Source of the DNA: Callorhinchus milii | Taxonomy: Eukaryota | Direction: 5' to 3' | DNA length: 64,000 bases | Assembly: GCF_018977255.1 (NCBI RefSeq) | Contig: NW_024704757.1 | Coordinates: forward strand, 13,826,001 to 13,890,000 | Shown: in pieces, positions 12,341 to 23,869 of the stretch | Numbering within the stretch: the stretch's first letter is position 1 | Layout: every line of letters begins with the position of its first letter | Notes under the pieces: generated by a model | Database searches by the model: none | The model's input: only the letters and a program-made list of their open reading frames with translations | What the model was told of the DNA's origin: nothing | Made by a program: the position numbers and the translations under genes

Positions 12341-13384
12341 ATAACGTAACATTTCAAAGTGTTTCACAGCGTCTGTGCCGGAACTTGAAGGCGGTGGAGA
12401 TCACCATGGAAATAGTGGTTTGAATGCCAAAACCAAACAAGACTCAACTGACCTACCTGCCAGTTTGAGTTCAGTGCAGAAGGGAGTTTATTTGTTCATT
12501 CAGCCATTTAGCCACTTCCCAAATTTTCTTTTGGAACTGCTTTTTTCAGAAAGAAGCATCAATCTATCAGCTTTCATTCCTCCCCCCCCCACCCGCCCCA
12601 ACTACCTTCTCCACTTGCATGGATTAAGTGCTCAAAAACACAGCCATTTGGATCAATTCACCAGCTGCCCAGTTAGTCGGTCCGGTATTCGTTTGAGGAC
12701 AAGTAGGATCTCCTGAAAGGATTAAGTGGATTGTGGACGGTGGAGCGTTTACCAATTTCCCTCCCCCTCCAAAAAAAAGAGTCAAACGAAGCGATACATG
12801 CAAAGCGATGGCTTCCTTTGAAAAAAAAATCAATAGGATCTGCATTATTTTCCGACAAAGTGCTTTGTTGCCACATCGCTTGGCGAAATACTCAGCCCGT
12901 ATACCTCGCTCAATTAGCGCAACGCAGGGTATTACTTAAGATGATTTTTCTTAGCTCTTATTTGCCTGGAGCTTATTTTGAGCCCCATACCACAGGGCTC
13001 CCTCTGGTGGAAACCAGCGGCCAATTCTCCTGCTTAAGTTGTATCCTGAACACTAAATGCTCTTTTGAGAAACTGGTCCGATTTTGAAGGCAGCCTTTGA
13101 CAGTCTCAACCTCCCCCTCTCTTTCCCCCTCCCCTCAATTACCGCACTGCTCTAAACTGCAATTACTGAACGAATTGACGAGTTGTCAGCCCTTCGTCCT
13201 TCAACGGGGAAAGGAAATAAGCTTCCTGAGTTCCAGTTACCACAGATTATCTGTTTGTTAAATTTTACCGATTTGTTCCTACTTCCAATAGATGAAACAC
13301 CAGACCGACCACCGTTGCTGTTCTTGCTGCAGGTTTTTGTCTCTGTTCACAATACCTGGAGTCAACAACGGCACCCTTGGAGAG

Positions 13385-13780
13385 ACACAAGAACATAAGA
13401 ATTTCCTCGCCTGCCACCATCCTTGATTGACATGTCGTGTCCCAAAATGTCTACTGCATCCTGAGATATTATTTTCCAGCAGAAATCTATCTAATTTGTT
13501 CTTGAAACAAACATCCGGTTCACATATCCAGTCATTTGCCAAAGATATTGTCGAACTCACTTTTTTTTCCACGCAAAAGTTAATAGTGTATCACAATATC
13601 CTTGGTTTTGCCCAATAAAAGAGCCTTCAAGTGAAGAGGTTCAGTTACTGATATGATGTGATGTTTTCGTGGGTTGCTGTATTCCCAACATCAACCCATA
13701 AATTCTCTTTCCGCAGCTTGAAGACATACCTAACTAACTGCTTACTCTGCCTTTCTTGAGACTGATTGCTTCCTGTAGCC
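13385..13780 (-). mobile_element. CR1-clade LINE 3' fragment, degenerate
   Basis: Minus-strand ORF contains CFKNKLDRFLLENNISG (CR1 ORF2 C-terminal FKxxLDxFL..I.G motif) followed by a TTCTTATGTTCTT-type tail. Confidence 0.6.
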
Positions 13781-13999
13781 GAGGTTAAACAAACACAATT
13801 TTCATGTGATTAAGAGCTTGAAATGACCCCCTCACATGTCAGATGAAGAGGAGGGGATTTTATGATTGAAAGCAGGGTTAAGTCTATCGTGGTCTTTTGC
13901 CCAGGGAGGAAGGGACCCAGTTATTTTTGTGACATCAACATTTACAAGTAATAAAATGACGCTTTTCATTACAGCTTATGTTAAGCACTAAACCTCGCT

Positions 14000-14340
14000 A
14001 GCCCATCAACACCATCCTCTCCTGTCTCCCAGTGGATTAACTTCAAGATCCTCACTCATATGACCTACAAATCGCTACACTCCCTCACCCCTCCCTATCT
14101 CTCTAATCTTTTCCAACCTCAGTCTCCCGCTCGCAAACGCACACCTGCTGCATATTCCTCGCTCTCTCTGTTCCCGGGCTTTAAGCCACCATACCTCTAG
14201 CCTCCGTCACTCGTTCCATAAATCCAATCTACGTATCCATCTTCTTCCGCTCCACCACTGTTCCCTGCTGAGAATCCAGGACCCTCTGTGTAAAGGACTT
14301 TGAGGGGTCGCTCTATGTGAAAGTCATTAAGCTAATGTGC
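14000..14340 (+). mobile_element. L2 LINE ORF2 C-terminal remnant
   Basis: Frameshifted INFKILT..TYKSLHSLTPPYLSNLF motif typical of the L2 ORF2 end, plus decayed 3' stem-loop. Confidence 0.7.
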
Positions 14341-14977
14341 GTTGGTGATGTTGCATTATGAGTTTTGGGAATCTTTTTTCTTCCTAAACTCTCTCATCAT
14401 GATGAAAGGCAGCACCCAAAAAAAAAAGTTGCTGACTGCATTATCCTTTTCTTTTATCCTTCTTTATTTGTTAGCCTTTATAATTGTAGCAGTTAGTTCC
14501 AAAATAATGTGGGGCTGTAACTTTAGGAATACAACACAAAAAAAACGTTCTTGAAGAACAATCCTGGAGTAGGTTTTTATGAACTAGAATTTTAAGATCT
14601 CATACACATGAAAACTACGCTAATAAAAGATTATGAAGGTCAAAAATTATTTCATTATTGTAAAAGTTAATTAACTGAACTTTCATAATACATTCATGAG
14701 GAGAACGTTTCTAATGCTGTCTTATTGCTGTCTCATTCCCCACAGCGAGGTATAGCATCCAGCGATGTAGGAATTTAACACAATTCTGCACTTAAAGTAG
14801 CCATGTTTATAGTATCTGCTCAACACTTAAATGAAGACACTCGAGGCCTGAAATTTCTCCTAATTTAAGGAGCGACTACATTAATGTGACGTGTAAGACC
14901 ATGTTTGTTTTAAATTTTAAGAACATTATGCACAGAATTGTGTCAAACTCCTAAATTCATTCTCAGTTCAAAACAGT

Positions 14978-15164
14978 ATGATTTCTTATGAAGCGTGAAA
15001 AAATGTTTTTTTTAACAAATTGAGGCTGAAATTGAAGACTTTCTCCAATTCTGAGCGATGTCAATCCAATCCAACTTACATTTGCACAGCGCGATTCACA
15101 TCGGCAGGACATCTCAAAACGCTTCATGGTGCCCCCGAGATCGGGGTGGGATCCGAGAGGGGTG
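14978..15164 (+). repeat. Left arm of long inverted repeat (includes a minus-strand L2-type terminus at ~15061-15164)
   Basis: Reverse complement of 15436-15622 with about 7 mismatches counted by eye. Confidence 0.95.
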
Positions 15165-15282
15165 AGGAGGGAAAAGAGGATCGGAATCTGGATCAAAGAG
15201 GTATCAATTATTTCAAATTGCCCAGTTTGACAATAGGTAAGGCCTTTTGAAGAAGTTGGCTGGGTTTATTCTGGGCTGATAT

Positions 15283-15356
15283 ACTTTGAGACGTCTAGAA
15301 GGCGTCAAACGCGCTATTCAAATGCAAGGATTATTATTATTATTATTATTATTATT
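15283..15356 (+). mobile_element. SINE 3' terminus within the inverted-repeat spacer
   Basis: CTTTGAGACGTCTAGAAGGCGTCAAACGCGCTATTCAAATGCAAGG(ATT)n. Confidence 0.85.
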
Positions 15357-15435
15357 GCTGATGTCCGCAATTTAACATTGAGTGAATGTAAGCCTGTATC
15401 AATGTTATTCATTCAGATCAATCAGGGATATGTGA

Positions 15436-15622
15436 CACCCCTCTCGGATCCCACCCCGATTTCAGGGGCACCATAAAGCGTTTTGAGATGTCCTGCCGAT
15501 GTGAATCGCGCTGTGCAAATATAAGTTGGATTGGATTGACATCGCTCAGAATTGGAGAAAGTCTTCAATTTCAGCCTCAACTTGTTAAAAAAAACATTTT
15601 TTCACGCTTCATAAAAAACCAT
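15436..15622 (-). repeat. Right arm of long inverted repeat
   Basis: Reverse complement of 14978-15164. Confidence 0.95.
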
Positions 15623-16279
15623 TACAACATGACAAAAATGTAGTATTTAAAGAAATGTTTTTTGTTCTCCTCTCCTTCTTACAGGGGAATTAACCGTAAA
15701 GCCATAAAATGTTAAAATTGTTGCTGTTTATTTAATGTCACTTTGCTTTCAGTTTCAGTTTATGGTCCTGGAAATGTCAGGCTTGACCAGACGGAGATAA
15801 ATTGGCACATTTACAAGGAACAGGCCATTCATTAGTATTTAAAAGGAGTGCTGAATCAAGACTTTCCGACAGAAGATTTACAGTTTTGTAAAAACAAAGG
15901 TAAATAATATCTGCCAAATTGAACAAGACTCCAGTTAATCTCGAAATTGCAACCACACTCAGGAGTTCGGTAATGAAATGTTACGAGTGACATTCATCAA
16001 GGCTGACGACATGAGCAGGCATGAATGAGGTGATGCAAAGTGCAACCAAAAAAAAATGAGTGCTGACCGGCTCAAATAAAAATGATCATTCCATTAATGT
16101 TTTAAAATTATTTTTGCGTTCTCCACATTCTTGCAAGAATCAACACATTTCACGGTTAGAGTGAAGATGGTCAGCCATCCAGAATGGGCCGAGGAAGGTA
16201 ATAATACAAATAAGTAGGCTACGTTTTTAGCACCGAAACAGTGGCCGAGGTGACTTGAGATGGAAGCAAACTTTTCGTC

Positions 16280-16378
16280 GATTCCAAATTCAGTCGTCAA
16301 TTACCCTCTGTGAAAAGAAATACTTCCTGGGGTCTGTCCTAGAACTGCCCTTAGCCACCCTGAACCCGTGCTCTCTTA
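16280..16378 (-). mobile_element. CR1 ORF2 fragment
   Basis: Minus strand encodes RKYFFSQRVI (CR1 FFxQRV motif); similar to 57190-57250. Confidence 0.6.
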
Positions 16379-16384
16379 TCATTG

Positions 16385-16600
16385 TAATTATAAATAATAA
16401 TAAAAATAATCCTTGCATTTGGCATAGCGCCTTTCACGCGTGTTGGGAGAATGTCCCAAAGCGCTTCACATTATTTACTGTCAAGTGGAGTGACTGTGTA
16501 TTTGTAGGCGAACACAGCAGCATAATTGCCCACAGTGACGTCCCACAAACAGCCACAAAATGAATGACTGATTTTATTTGGGAGATTGTAGGCCAGCACA
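16385..16600 (-). mobile_element. SINE 3' half
   Basis: (AAT)n CCTTGCATTTGGCATAGCGCC..CCCAAAGCGCTTCAC..GTCCCACAAACAGCC. Confidence 0.85.
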
Positions 16601-17799
16601 TGGTTGTTCTACTTCCTTGGTATATCTGACTGTAATGTAACTCACAAAACCTAACCTTTATTTAATGGTAGAATCAGTACTTCCGTGAGCTTAACTGAGT
16701 GTGGCTGCACATGCACCTTACAGTGGAATAGCTTTGCATCGTGGTAGGAACAGTGGTAGCCACTTGCAAAGAAATAGTTTCTTGTCAAACTTCAGAGACT
16801 TCTAGTCTGGGAAGTATTTCAAGGAGACTGTCAAAAATAAAGCCGCGTTATTGGAAGAAAAGGAAACTTGCACATCTAGATTTGAGCGAAGAGCTGATGC
16901 AGAGTAATCCAACAGAACGGCACATGACTCCGCAAAACTTCTATCCGATGGATATCCAGACACCTTACAAAGAAATAGTCTTCTACGACTTCATTCAAAT
17001 ATATTTTCTTTTCTTTTTCCCTTTCCTCTCTCTCTTGAGCTCTCTCTCTCTCTCTCCTCACCACGTTTGGAAAGTTATTTTCTGTCGCTTCCTTAAACCA
17101 CCACTCATTCCGCGTGACACTCAGACCTCAAAGAAGTAGACAAACTACTGTGTTCCAAGGATTCTGCCAATGCCTTTGTATAACACAGTGATTGGGATTT
17201 GTGTCAAGAAGTGTTGCAAAATACAATCAAGCTCTTAAGCCCAAATGTTAAAACGTAGGGAATTGGCAATAACTCTATTAACCAAGGATTTTGACAAGCT
17301 GAAGGACACAAGCTGTGAGTAACTCACTTCATGTCTGTAAAAACTTGTGCTTCCTGCATCACGGAAGGACGCATCCAATAAATAATTACCTGATTACCCT
17401 CAAAAAACATGGAGATTTGGTCCCTATATATTACAACAGCCAATCTTCTATGTGACTGACTGATCCATTCAGTCTCCAGTTGCTAACAACAACCTCTTAA
17501 TTTATTGAATTGTGCAAATTCTGCACATATTTTTTAAAAAAGAGAACAAGTCCTTGAATAAACAGGATGGAGTCTCATTAGTTCTGAAAATGGGAAAAGT
17601 GAGATTTGGTGTATAAACAAAAGAGAAGATAAAGAGAAATGCATTCAGTTTAACACAATGAAAGAAATAAAGGATTACAGTAAATCAAGTTGAGGACGAA
17701 GCTAACAGGATTTTTATCCCATCAAAGAAGGAGGCTGTGGAATGTATTCGTATTTTCAGTTTCACTCACAGAGTAATAAGGATGCTTCAGGAGAAAAAG

Positions 17800-17940
17800 A
17801 ATTGGTCATTCACATCACGGCTGTGTTCTCTTTGCCTACAAAGCCACAGACACTACACTTTACAGTAAATCCTTTGAAGCGCTTTGAGACGTTTCAGCTA
17901 CGTATTAAGGCGCTGTAGCAGAAGCAGGGATAGTAATTGC
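17800..17940 (+). mobile_element. SINE 3' module
   Basis: AATTGGTCATTCACATCACGGCTG..TGAAGCGCTTTGAGACG..AAGGCGCT. Confidence 0.8.
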
Positions 17941-18614
17941 TCAAATTGCTTTAGCTGAATCCCAGCTACACGGGATTTCAACCTGCTAGCCAAGGGTATT
18001 TTGGAATCTGAGGAGCTGAAAGCAGGTAAGGTCACGATATTATTCTATGGATTGACTCTGTGAGGTGAGAGATAAAATTAATATAACGCCATTTACATTA
18101 AAGAACATCTCAAAGTGTTTAGCAATGGGATCTTCAAATGTGACTTAAGGGAGTTCCTGAGGTACCACTGTGCAGGACATAAAGAATAACCCGCAGTGTT
18201 GGAGGAATGAGCTATGGGGAACAATTAGATAAGTCAGTCTTTCAGTCTTTGAAAGATACAGCTCAAAGGTAACCTTACAGAGTGGTATGTAAGACTTTAC
18301 AATGGGATTGACTCATTTTTTTAAAAAAAAAAGCTTGAATCTGTGATGAGGTGAAGGCACAGTGAATATTCTGGAGAGCCGAGATCAAATTGGCCAAAGG
18401 GCTCTCTTCATTGCAATCTCTCTTGCAATCTGTTATGTGACAGGGAACATGTACGGCAGGATTCTTGTGACAGGTGGAGTTTAGGAGGCCAGCAATAAGA
18501 GCATTGGGAAAGCGCATTGTAAAGGTGGCCAAAGCCATGGATTTGCCTACTATTGGACTTGGCTTCAGTTGTAAAACATCCAGCCTTTGGTTTATTTGCT
18601 CAAGTAAAAAAGCA

Positions 18615-18732
18615 AATCATCTCATCGTGGCTGTTTGTTCAACAACAAATGCGGTCACTACAATGTACCGTAAGATCTTGTGAAGAGCTTTGAGATGTCT
18701 CAACACCGTATATCAACTGCAATAATTATTAC
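18615..18732 (+). mobile_element. Degenerate SINE 3' module
   Basis: GGTCACTACA..GTGAAGAGCTTTGAGATGTCTC..TATCAACTGCAA. Confidence 0.65.
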
Positions 18733-20606
18733 GACTTCAAATATGTATATATATATGTATATATTTTAAATTGGTCATAAACCGGCAAACTATGCAACAG
18801 ACGCCATGCTAACTGGGCCACCGAAAACACCACACGGGCAACGACGGAACTTGAAACAGAATTGCAAAATGTTATCTCAATGTGCCTCAGCATCGGATTC
18901 CTTTGGCAAAAACATGCACGGATGAATCAAGAAAGAACCACATTTGTGTCGCTTTCGATTCAGTCCAATGCCCATCCATAACAGATGGTCAATAATGCTG
19001 TACTACTCTGAGTACTGAACTTGTCAGTTAAGAAGGCACAAAAATCCTTCCAACTTGTCTCAGATATCCTTCAACTGAACTGCGGGAGGTTGGAATGTCT
19101 CCAGCCAATTTCTTGGTTGTCAACAAGAAATTCCTGATGAGATATGGCCTGGATCACACCTTGAAACACCCAATATTTTGAAAGACTAACACAGAAAGCA
19201 GCAGGGAACACGGTACAAGGTTACGAGACAATGGCAAAGTACGGATGACATAATTCTGACTCCATTAAGTCTATTGCAGCCTTGAATGAGCTTGCATTGC
19301 TAGTTCATAAAATCTTCCTGTTGCCTTTCCATTTGCAATCTTTCTTCTTCGAGTTTTACTTTTTTTTGCCGCTTGCATCGTACCTTTTGCTCAAAATGTA
19401 ATTGTGCTGCTTCACAACGCATCCAAATAAGAATTGTTTGAATCTTGCCTATTGGTTTTCTTGTAGACCGCTATAACGACAACAACTTGCATTTATCTAG
19501 CGCTTTTCACGTGGGATAGCCTCCTGGAGCACTATGTAGAGTGTTTTCATATGAACATGAACGTTGACCTTTGGTGGACAGAGGAGGACATTGAAGGCAA
19601 GTCCAATCCTGACCTCACCTGATGATAGCTATGCAAAGAGTCTCCAGTCACTGGATACTGATTGGGAATAGGAATAGTATCTGATTATTCCCTTTACTAA
19701 CCCTGAGGCTATTTCTAGTATTTCTGACTGGAGTCCAGACTGAGACCAACAAACTCAGCGCACTCTTAGAAATGAACTTGAGACCTAATCTGTACAGTTC
19801 AGTGCAATACAGCATTTGTCCATCTTTCGATTTGATTCCGAACAATACTGTGAGGTTTGACGTAGGATTCAACAGCAGCAATTGACAGAAAGAGAGTGTG
19901 TGTTTTTTTTACTGAAAATGAATTATTTCCTGGTGCTGTATACATAAGGCACTGATTCCAATGTTCTTTGTCAAATTCACTCTATTTTTATAGCAATCCA
20001 GAGTATCCAGTGCTTGGCAAATTGTCGAATTGCTGAATTCATTGCTTTAAAAAAAAACGCAAAAGATTTCAAAAATAAGGCAGAAACGCTAAGAAAATGG
20101 AGTGAATCTCGACCCAGGCAAAATGTGCTCACCCATAGTGTGCTCAAAAGGCACCTCTAACAGTCCATATGTAGAGTGGAGTTTTCTGTGTTGTGCCGCA
20201 ATAAATAAAAGGTGTTTTTTGTTGTTAGTCCAACACCTGCTCCCTTCTTAGTTTCATCCTCTGTGAGAGAGCAGAACAGCAAAAGGTTCTTTGCTCTGCA
20301 GCGAAACATATTTGTTCCATGAAATGACACAAGAAATGTATGCCATGGAGCAAATGTAATAGAAATAGATTTAGAAATTCTTGAAGAGGAACCCTGGCTA
20401 TTTAACTCTTTAATCTATGAAATTACCCATTTCTATCTCCCATCGGTTCTCTTGAGAAGCAAAATGAAATAGGACTGTGTTCTGTGGCTCTCTTTGTAGT
20501 GGATGATATGCAAAGTGTTATTTTTATAGCAACATGATGAAGAACCAGATGTTTATCGGCATCTGTGACGGTTTTTTAATTTTTAGATATCTTGTTTTGC
20601 AGAAGA

Positions 20607-21036
20607 CAACAATAACAACAACAACTTGCATTTACATAGCGCCCTTCATGCCAGATAGCATCCTAGAACACTTGACAGTGACCTGAGCCAGGGGGAGAGG
20701 GAGGCGAGAGGTGATCGAAAGCACGATCAAAAATAAAGGTCTTTAGGCGAGATTTGAAAGTGGGGAGGGAGAGGGCAAGGAGGAGGAATTGAGGGAGGGA
20801 GTTCCAGAGTTTCGGGGAGTAGAGGCTGAAGGCACAGCGGAGGGGACAAGGAACGAACAGGAGACCGGAGCCAGCCGAGCGGGTCGCAGAGTGGGGAGTG
20901 GGGGGGGGGGCGTGGTAAGCAAATCGGATAGGTAAAGAGGTGCCAGGGATTTGAAAACGAGTGAGAGGATCTTGAAATCGATCCGTTCAGTAACTGGGAG
21001 CCAGCGGAGCCTGGCAAGGACTGTAGTGATGGGGCA
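20607..21036 (-). mobile_element. L2-clade LINE, 5'-truncated (ORF2 C-terminus, 3'UTR, stem-loop, (GTT)n)
   Basis: Translates PITTVLARLRWLPVTERIDFKILSLVFKSLAPLYLSDLL, then after a frameshift AFSLYSPKLWNSLP..FKSRLKTFIFDRAF (canonical L2 ORF2 end). Ends GGGCGCTATGTAAATGCAA(GTT)n. Confidence 0.9.
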
Positions 21037-21119
21037 ATCCAGTGTGAAAATGGTCCTTGCTACCAGCCAGACATCCAAAATACACCACATTGCTTCTGCT
21101 GGCCCTAGCCTGGTTCCCT

Positions 21120-21145
21120 TATATATATATATATATATATATATA
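21120..21145. repeat. (TA)n microsatellite
   Basis: Pure TA run. Confidence 0.95.
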
Positions 21146-22039
21146 CATTGTGTGCAACCTGACAAATATCTCTCCAACCCCAAATTTAAAACCCTGAAGC
21201 TTCTCAGGCCACAACTTTAATTGGTTTGTTTCAGATGGAGGTTCTCGCTTCCTAGCTGAGCAGTTCATTATACGGATCTATTCAATCGAAAAGCAGGGCT
21301 TTACAAAGACATCCCTCGCCGGGTTAAAAGAGGCAAACTGCAAAAGGCAAGACGAGTGTACGAGTTATTCCTTTAGCAGCTGCACAACAGCACGTTACTT
21401 ACCACCTTCTGTACAGGACTCAATCTTTACACCAAGCTTTCCTCGTGTCCACCCCACCCCAAACCCTTTGCACTTGCGGCATTTTAATACCGAGGTGAGA
21501 GGGGCTGGCATTGAAAACTTTAGCAACCGATTCCTAAGGGCTGATCCTGCCTATGATCAGACAATCAATCCTGTTAAAAGACCTGGCATTTCTTGGTTAG
21601 GATCCCTTCTCAAACGTGCTCATTCACTCCCCGTAATTAAATTGCAGTCAGAATTCTTTTCTTCTGCATGCACATTTTTTGCCAACTTTTTGACATGACA
21701 AATCTTATCCCCATTATCACCAGATGTCCCCAGGTAGGCTGCTCAGCACTGATGCACATCTCCAAACACTTCACTAAAATGCAGTGAAATGTTTATTACA
21801 ACAATAGTTTTTTTCTCTGCTGCTGTCGGTAGAAGATTATCTGATTAATTGACCGTTCATTGACTACAGCGGTAATTGATGTGGGATATGTTGTTTCCGC
21901 AGAGAGGAGGGGAGAAGAGATGAAAGGAAGAAGACAAAGAGCAAAAGTAAGGTAATAGCTCTGAGCTTATCCTAACCACTGAACTTACATGAGGTTTCAG
22001 AGAACGTAGAGAGCTCAGTAAACCAATAGAAATCCACAG

Positions 22040-22447
22040 GCATTTTACCTCATATTTCACATCAGGAGGATGTCTCAAAGGATGTACTGTAAAGTTCAAT
22101 GACTGCGGCAGCCAATTTGCGTTCAGCAATATCTCACAAACAGCCATAAAAGGGGAACGGGGGGAGAATTATTTTGGGTGGAATGTTGGCCAGAGGGGGA
22201 TTGCTGGCCACGAAGGCACCATTAGAAATTCCCTCCTCTTTTCCAACAGTGCCATGGGATCTTTAACGTCCACCTGAACAGACAAACGGGACCTCGGGTT
22301 AAAGTCCCATCCAAAAGATGCCAACTACAACAATGCAGCATGCCTCCCCAGCGTTTCAGTGATCAGTGAAGCGTGTGAGTTTCAAGACAGATAAACCTGA
22401 AACCTTCCGACTCAGAGACAAGAGTGCTACGAACTGAGCCAGGCTAC
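22040..22447 (-). mobile_element. Near full-length Deu-domain SINE
   Basis: Head ..AGCCTGGCTCAGTTCGTAGCACTCTTGTCTCTGAGTCGGAAGGT, Deu blocks (CAGTGCCATGGGATCTTTAACGTCCACCTGAACAG on +), 3' module. Confidence 0.85.
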
Positions 22448-23159
22448 CACATTGAATAGTCCAGCGTTCAGGACAAGTCACACTGGGGTGATGCTGGAAT
22501 GATATGGAAATCGCACAGAGGCACTCACCCAGATTACTGAGGTGTGGGAAAAAAAAATACACTTCTAAATGATAACTTACTATGGAATGGTCCTCCTAAT
22601 TTCTGCACTGGATGATTCCAGGCTTTTTAGGAATGCAGGGCGAGTTTAACCTCATTCTATTGCCTATTTACTTATTGCCAAAATTGAAATGAGTAAATCA
22701 ATAGGACCCTGAAGAGCTCTATAGGGCAGATGGTATTTTAACAAGGATTAGAGGTTCCGCGTGTAAATGCTCCCAAAATAAAAAGTGGCTCATTAGTGGT
22801 AGCATGACTAAATGCAAGGGCATAGCATAAAGGAAGGAGGGCAGGCGGGCAGGCAGATTGCGGTGTAACATTTTAGTGATAACCTGTGAAGCAAGAACTG
22901 GATGTTGTTAAATGGCACATCACAGAATCTGTCCGAACTGGAGGAGCAGCAAATATTGGGATGATTTTCGTGCTCAAATGTCTGATTGCACTTTACCAGC
23001 GGTCGAATAGGTTTTCTGACAAGTCAAGGCTCACAGATGAAGAGTGGAAATTTGGGTAAGGTACTGGAAGCCAGCCAATGCTTGTTGCACCTTAACTCAA
23101 CATATGGGGGAGTGGGGGGTGGGAGGGGGCAGGAGTTGTTGGGGGGGTGGGGGTGGGAA

Positions 23160-23430
23160 TAAGACGTTAAACCAAGATCACATCTGGTGGATGTTAAGGA
23201 CCCTGTGATGCTATTGAGAAAAAGAGAAGGGAGCTCCTCCTGTGGATTTGGCCACAACATTCGGCAGATTAATTGGTCATTCACCTCGCAGCTGTTTTGG
23301 GGACATTTCCATCTGCAACTTGGCTGCTGCGTTTGCCAACAAATGCAAGCACTTGACATTTTTCCTGTGAAGCACGTCGAGGCATTTTTCGTGCTTCGAG
23401 ACATTTCGCTCTTCGAGATGCAAATATTTC
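23160..23430 (+). mobile_element. Deu-domain SINE, 5'-truncated
   Basis: AGACGTTAAACCAAG..GGTGGATGTTAAGGACCC..AATTGGTCATTCACCTCGCAGCTGTTTTGGGAC..GTGAAGCAC. Confidence 0.75.
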
Positions 23431-23824
23431 AATGTTATAGGCGCCATGTCAAACACACAAAAAAAGTATATATTACTGGCATGAAAAATGGACGGCAAAG
23501 CTTTTTATATAGTTCACAGACAAAAAGAGTCGTGCTGAAGTATATATCTCTGCCATTGGTATAGAAATAGTATGGTAGTATTTTGCAGTGTTCCTTCATT
23601 CAATCTGCAAAGAGACAAGAGTTTCTCTCAGCGACCTGCCCAAAGATCCTCGGAATAAAACTGATCAATCACTTTGATGACTTTTAGTGGGATATTGCCT
23701 GGTACAAATTACAGGACTGGAAAAGTACTTCAAGATGCTTGAAAGTTATAGGTGCTATACTGGCGTGTGTGAATCAATGCCAGAACTCATATAAGGAACA
23801 GTTAAAGGATTCAATCTTAGCCCA

Positions 23825-23869
23825 GTGTGTGTGTGTGTGTGTGTGTGTCTGTGTGCGTGTGTGTGTGTG
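23825..23869. repeat. (TG)n microsatellite
   Basis: Imperfect TG run. Confidence 0.95.

Noticed and set aside
20743-21183. 146-aa ORF as a host gene
   Set aside because: Crosses a (TA)n tract into a frameshifted dead L2 ORF2 terminus.
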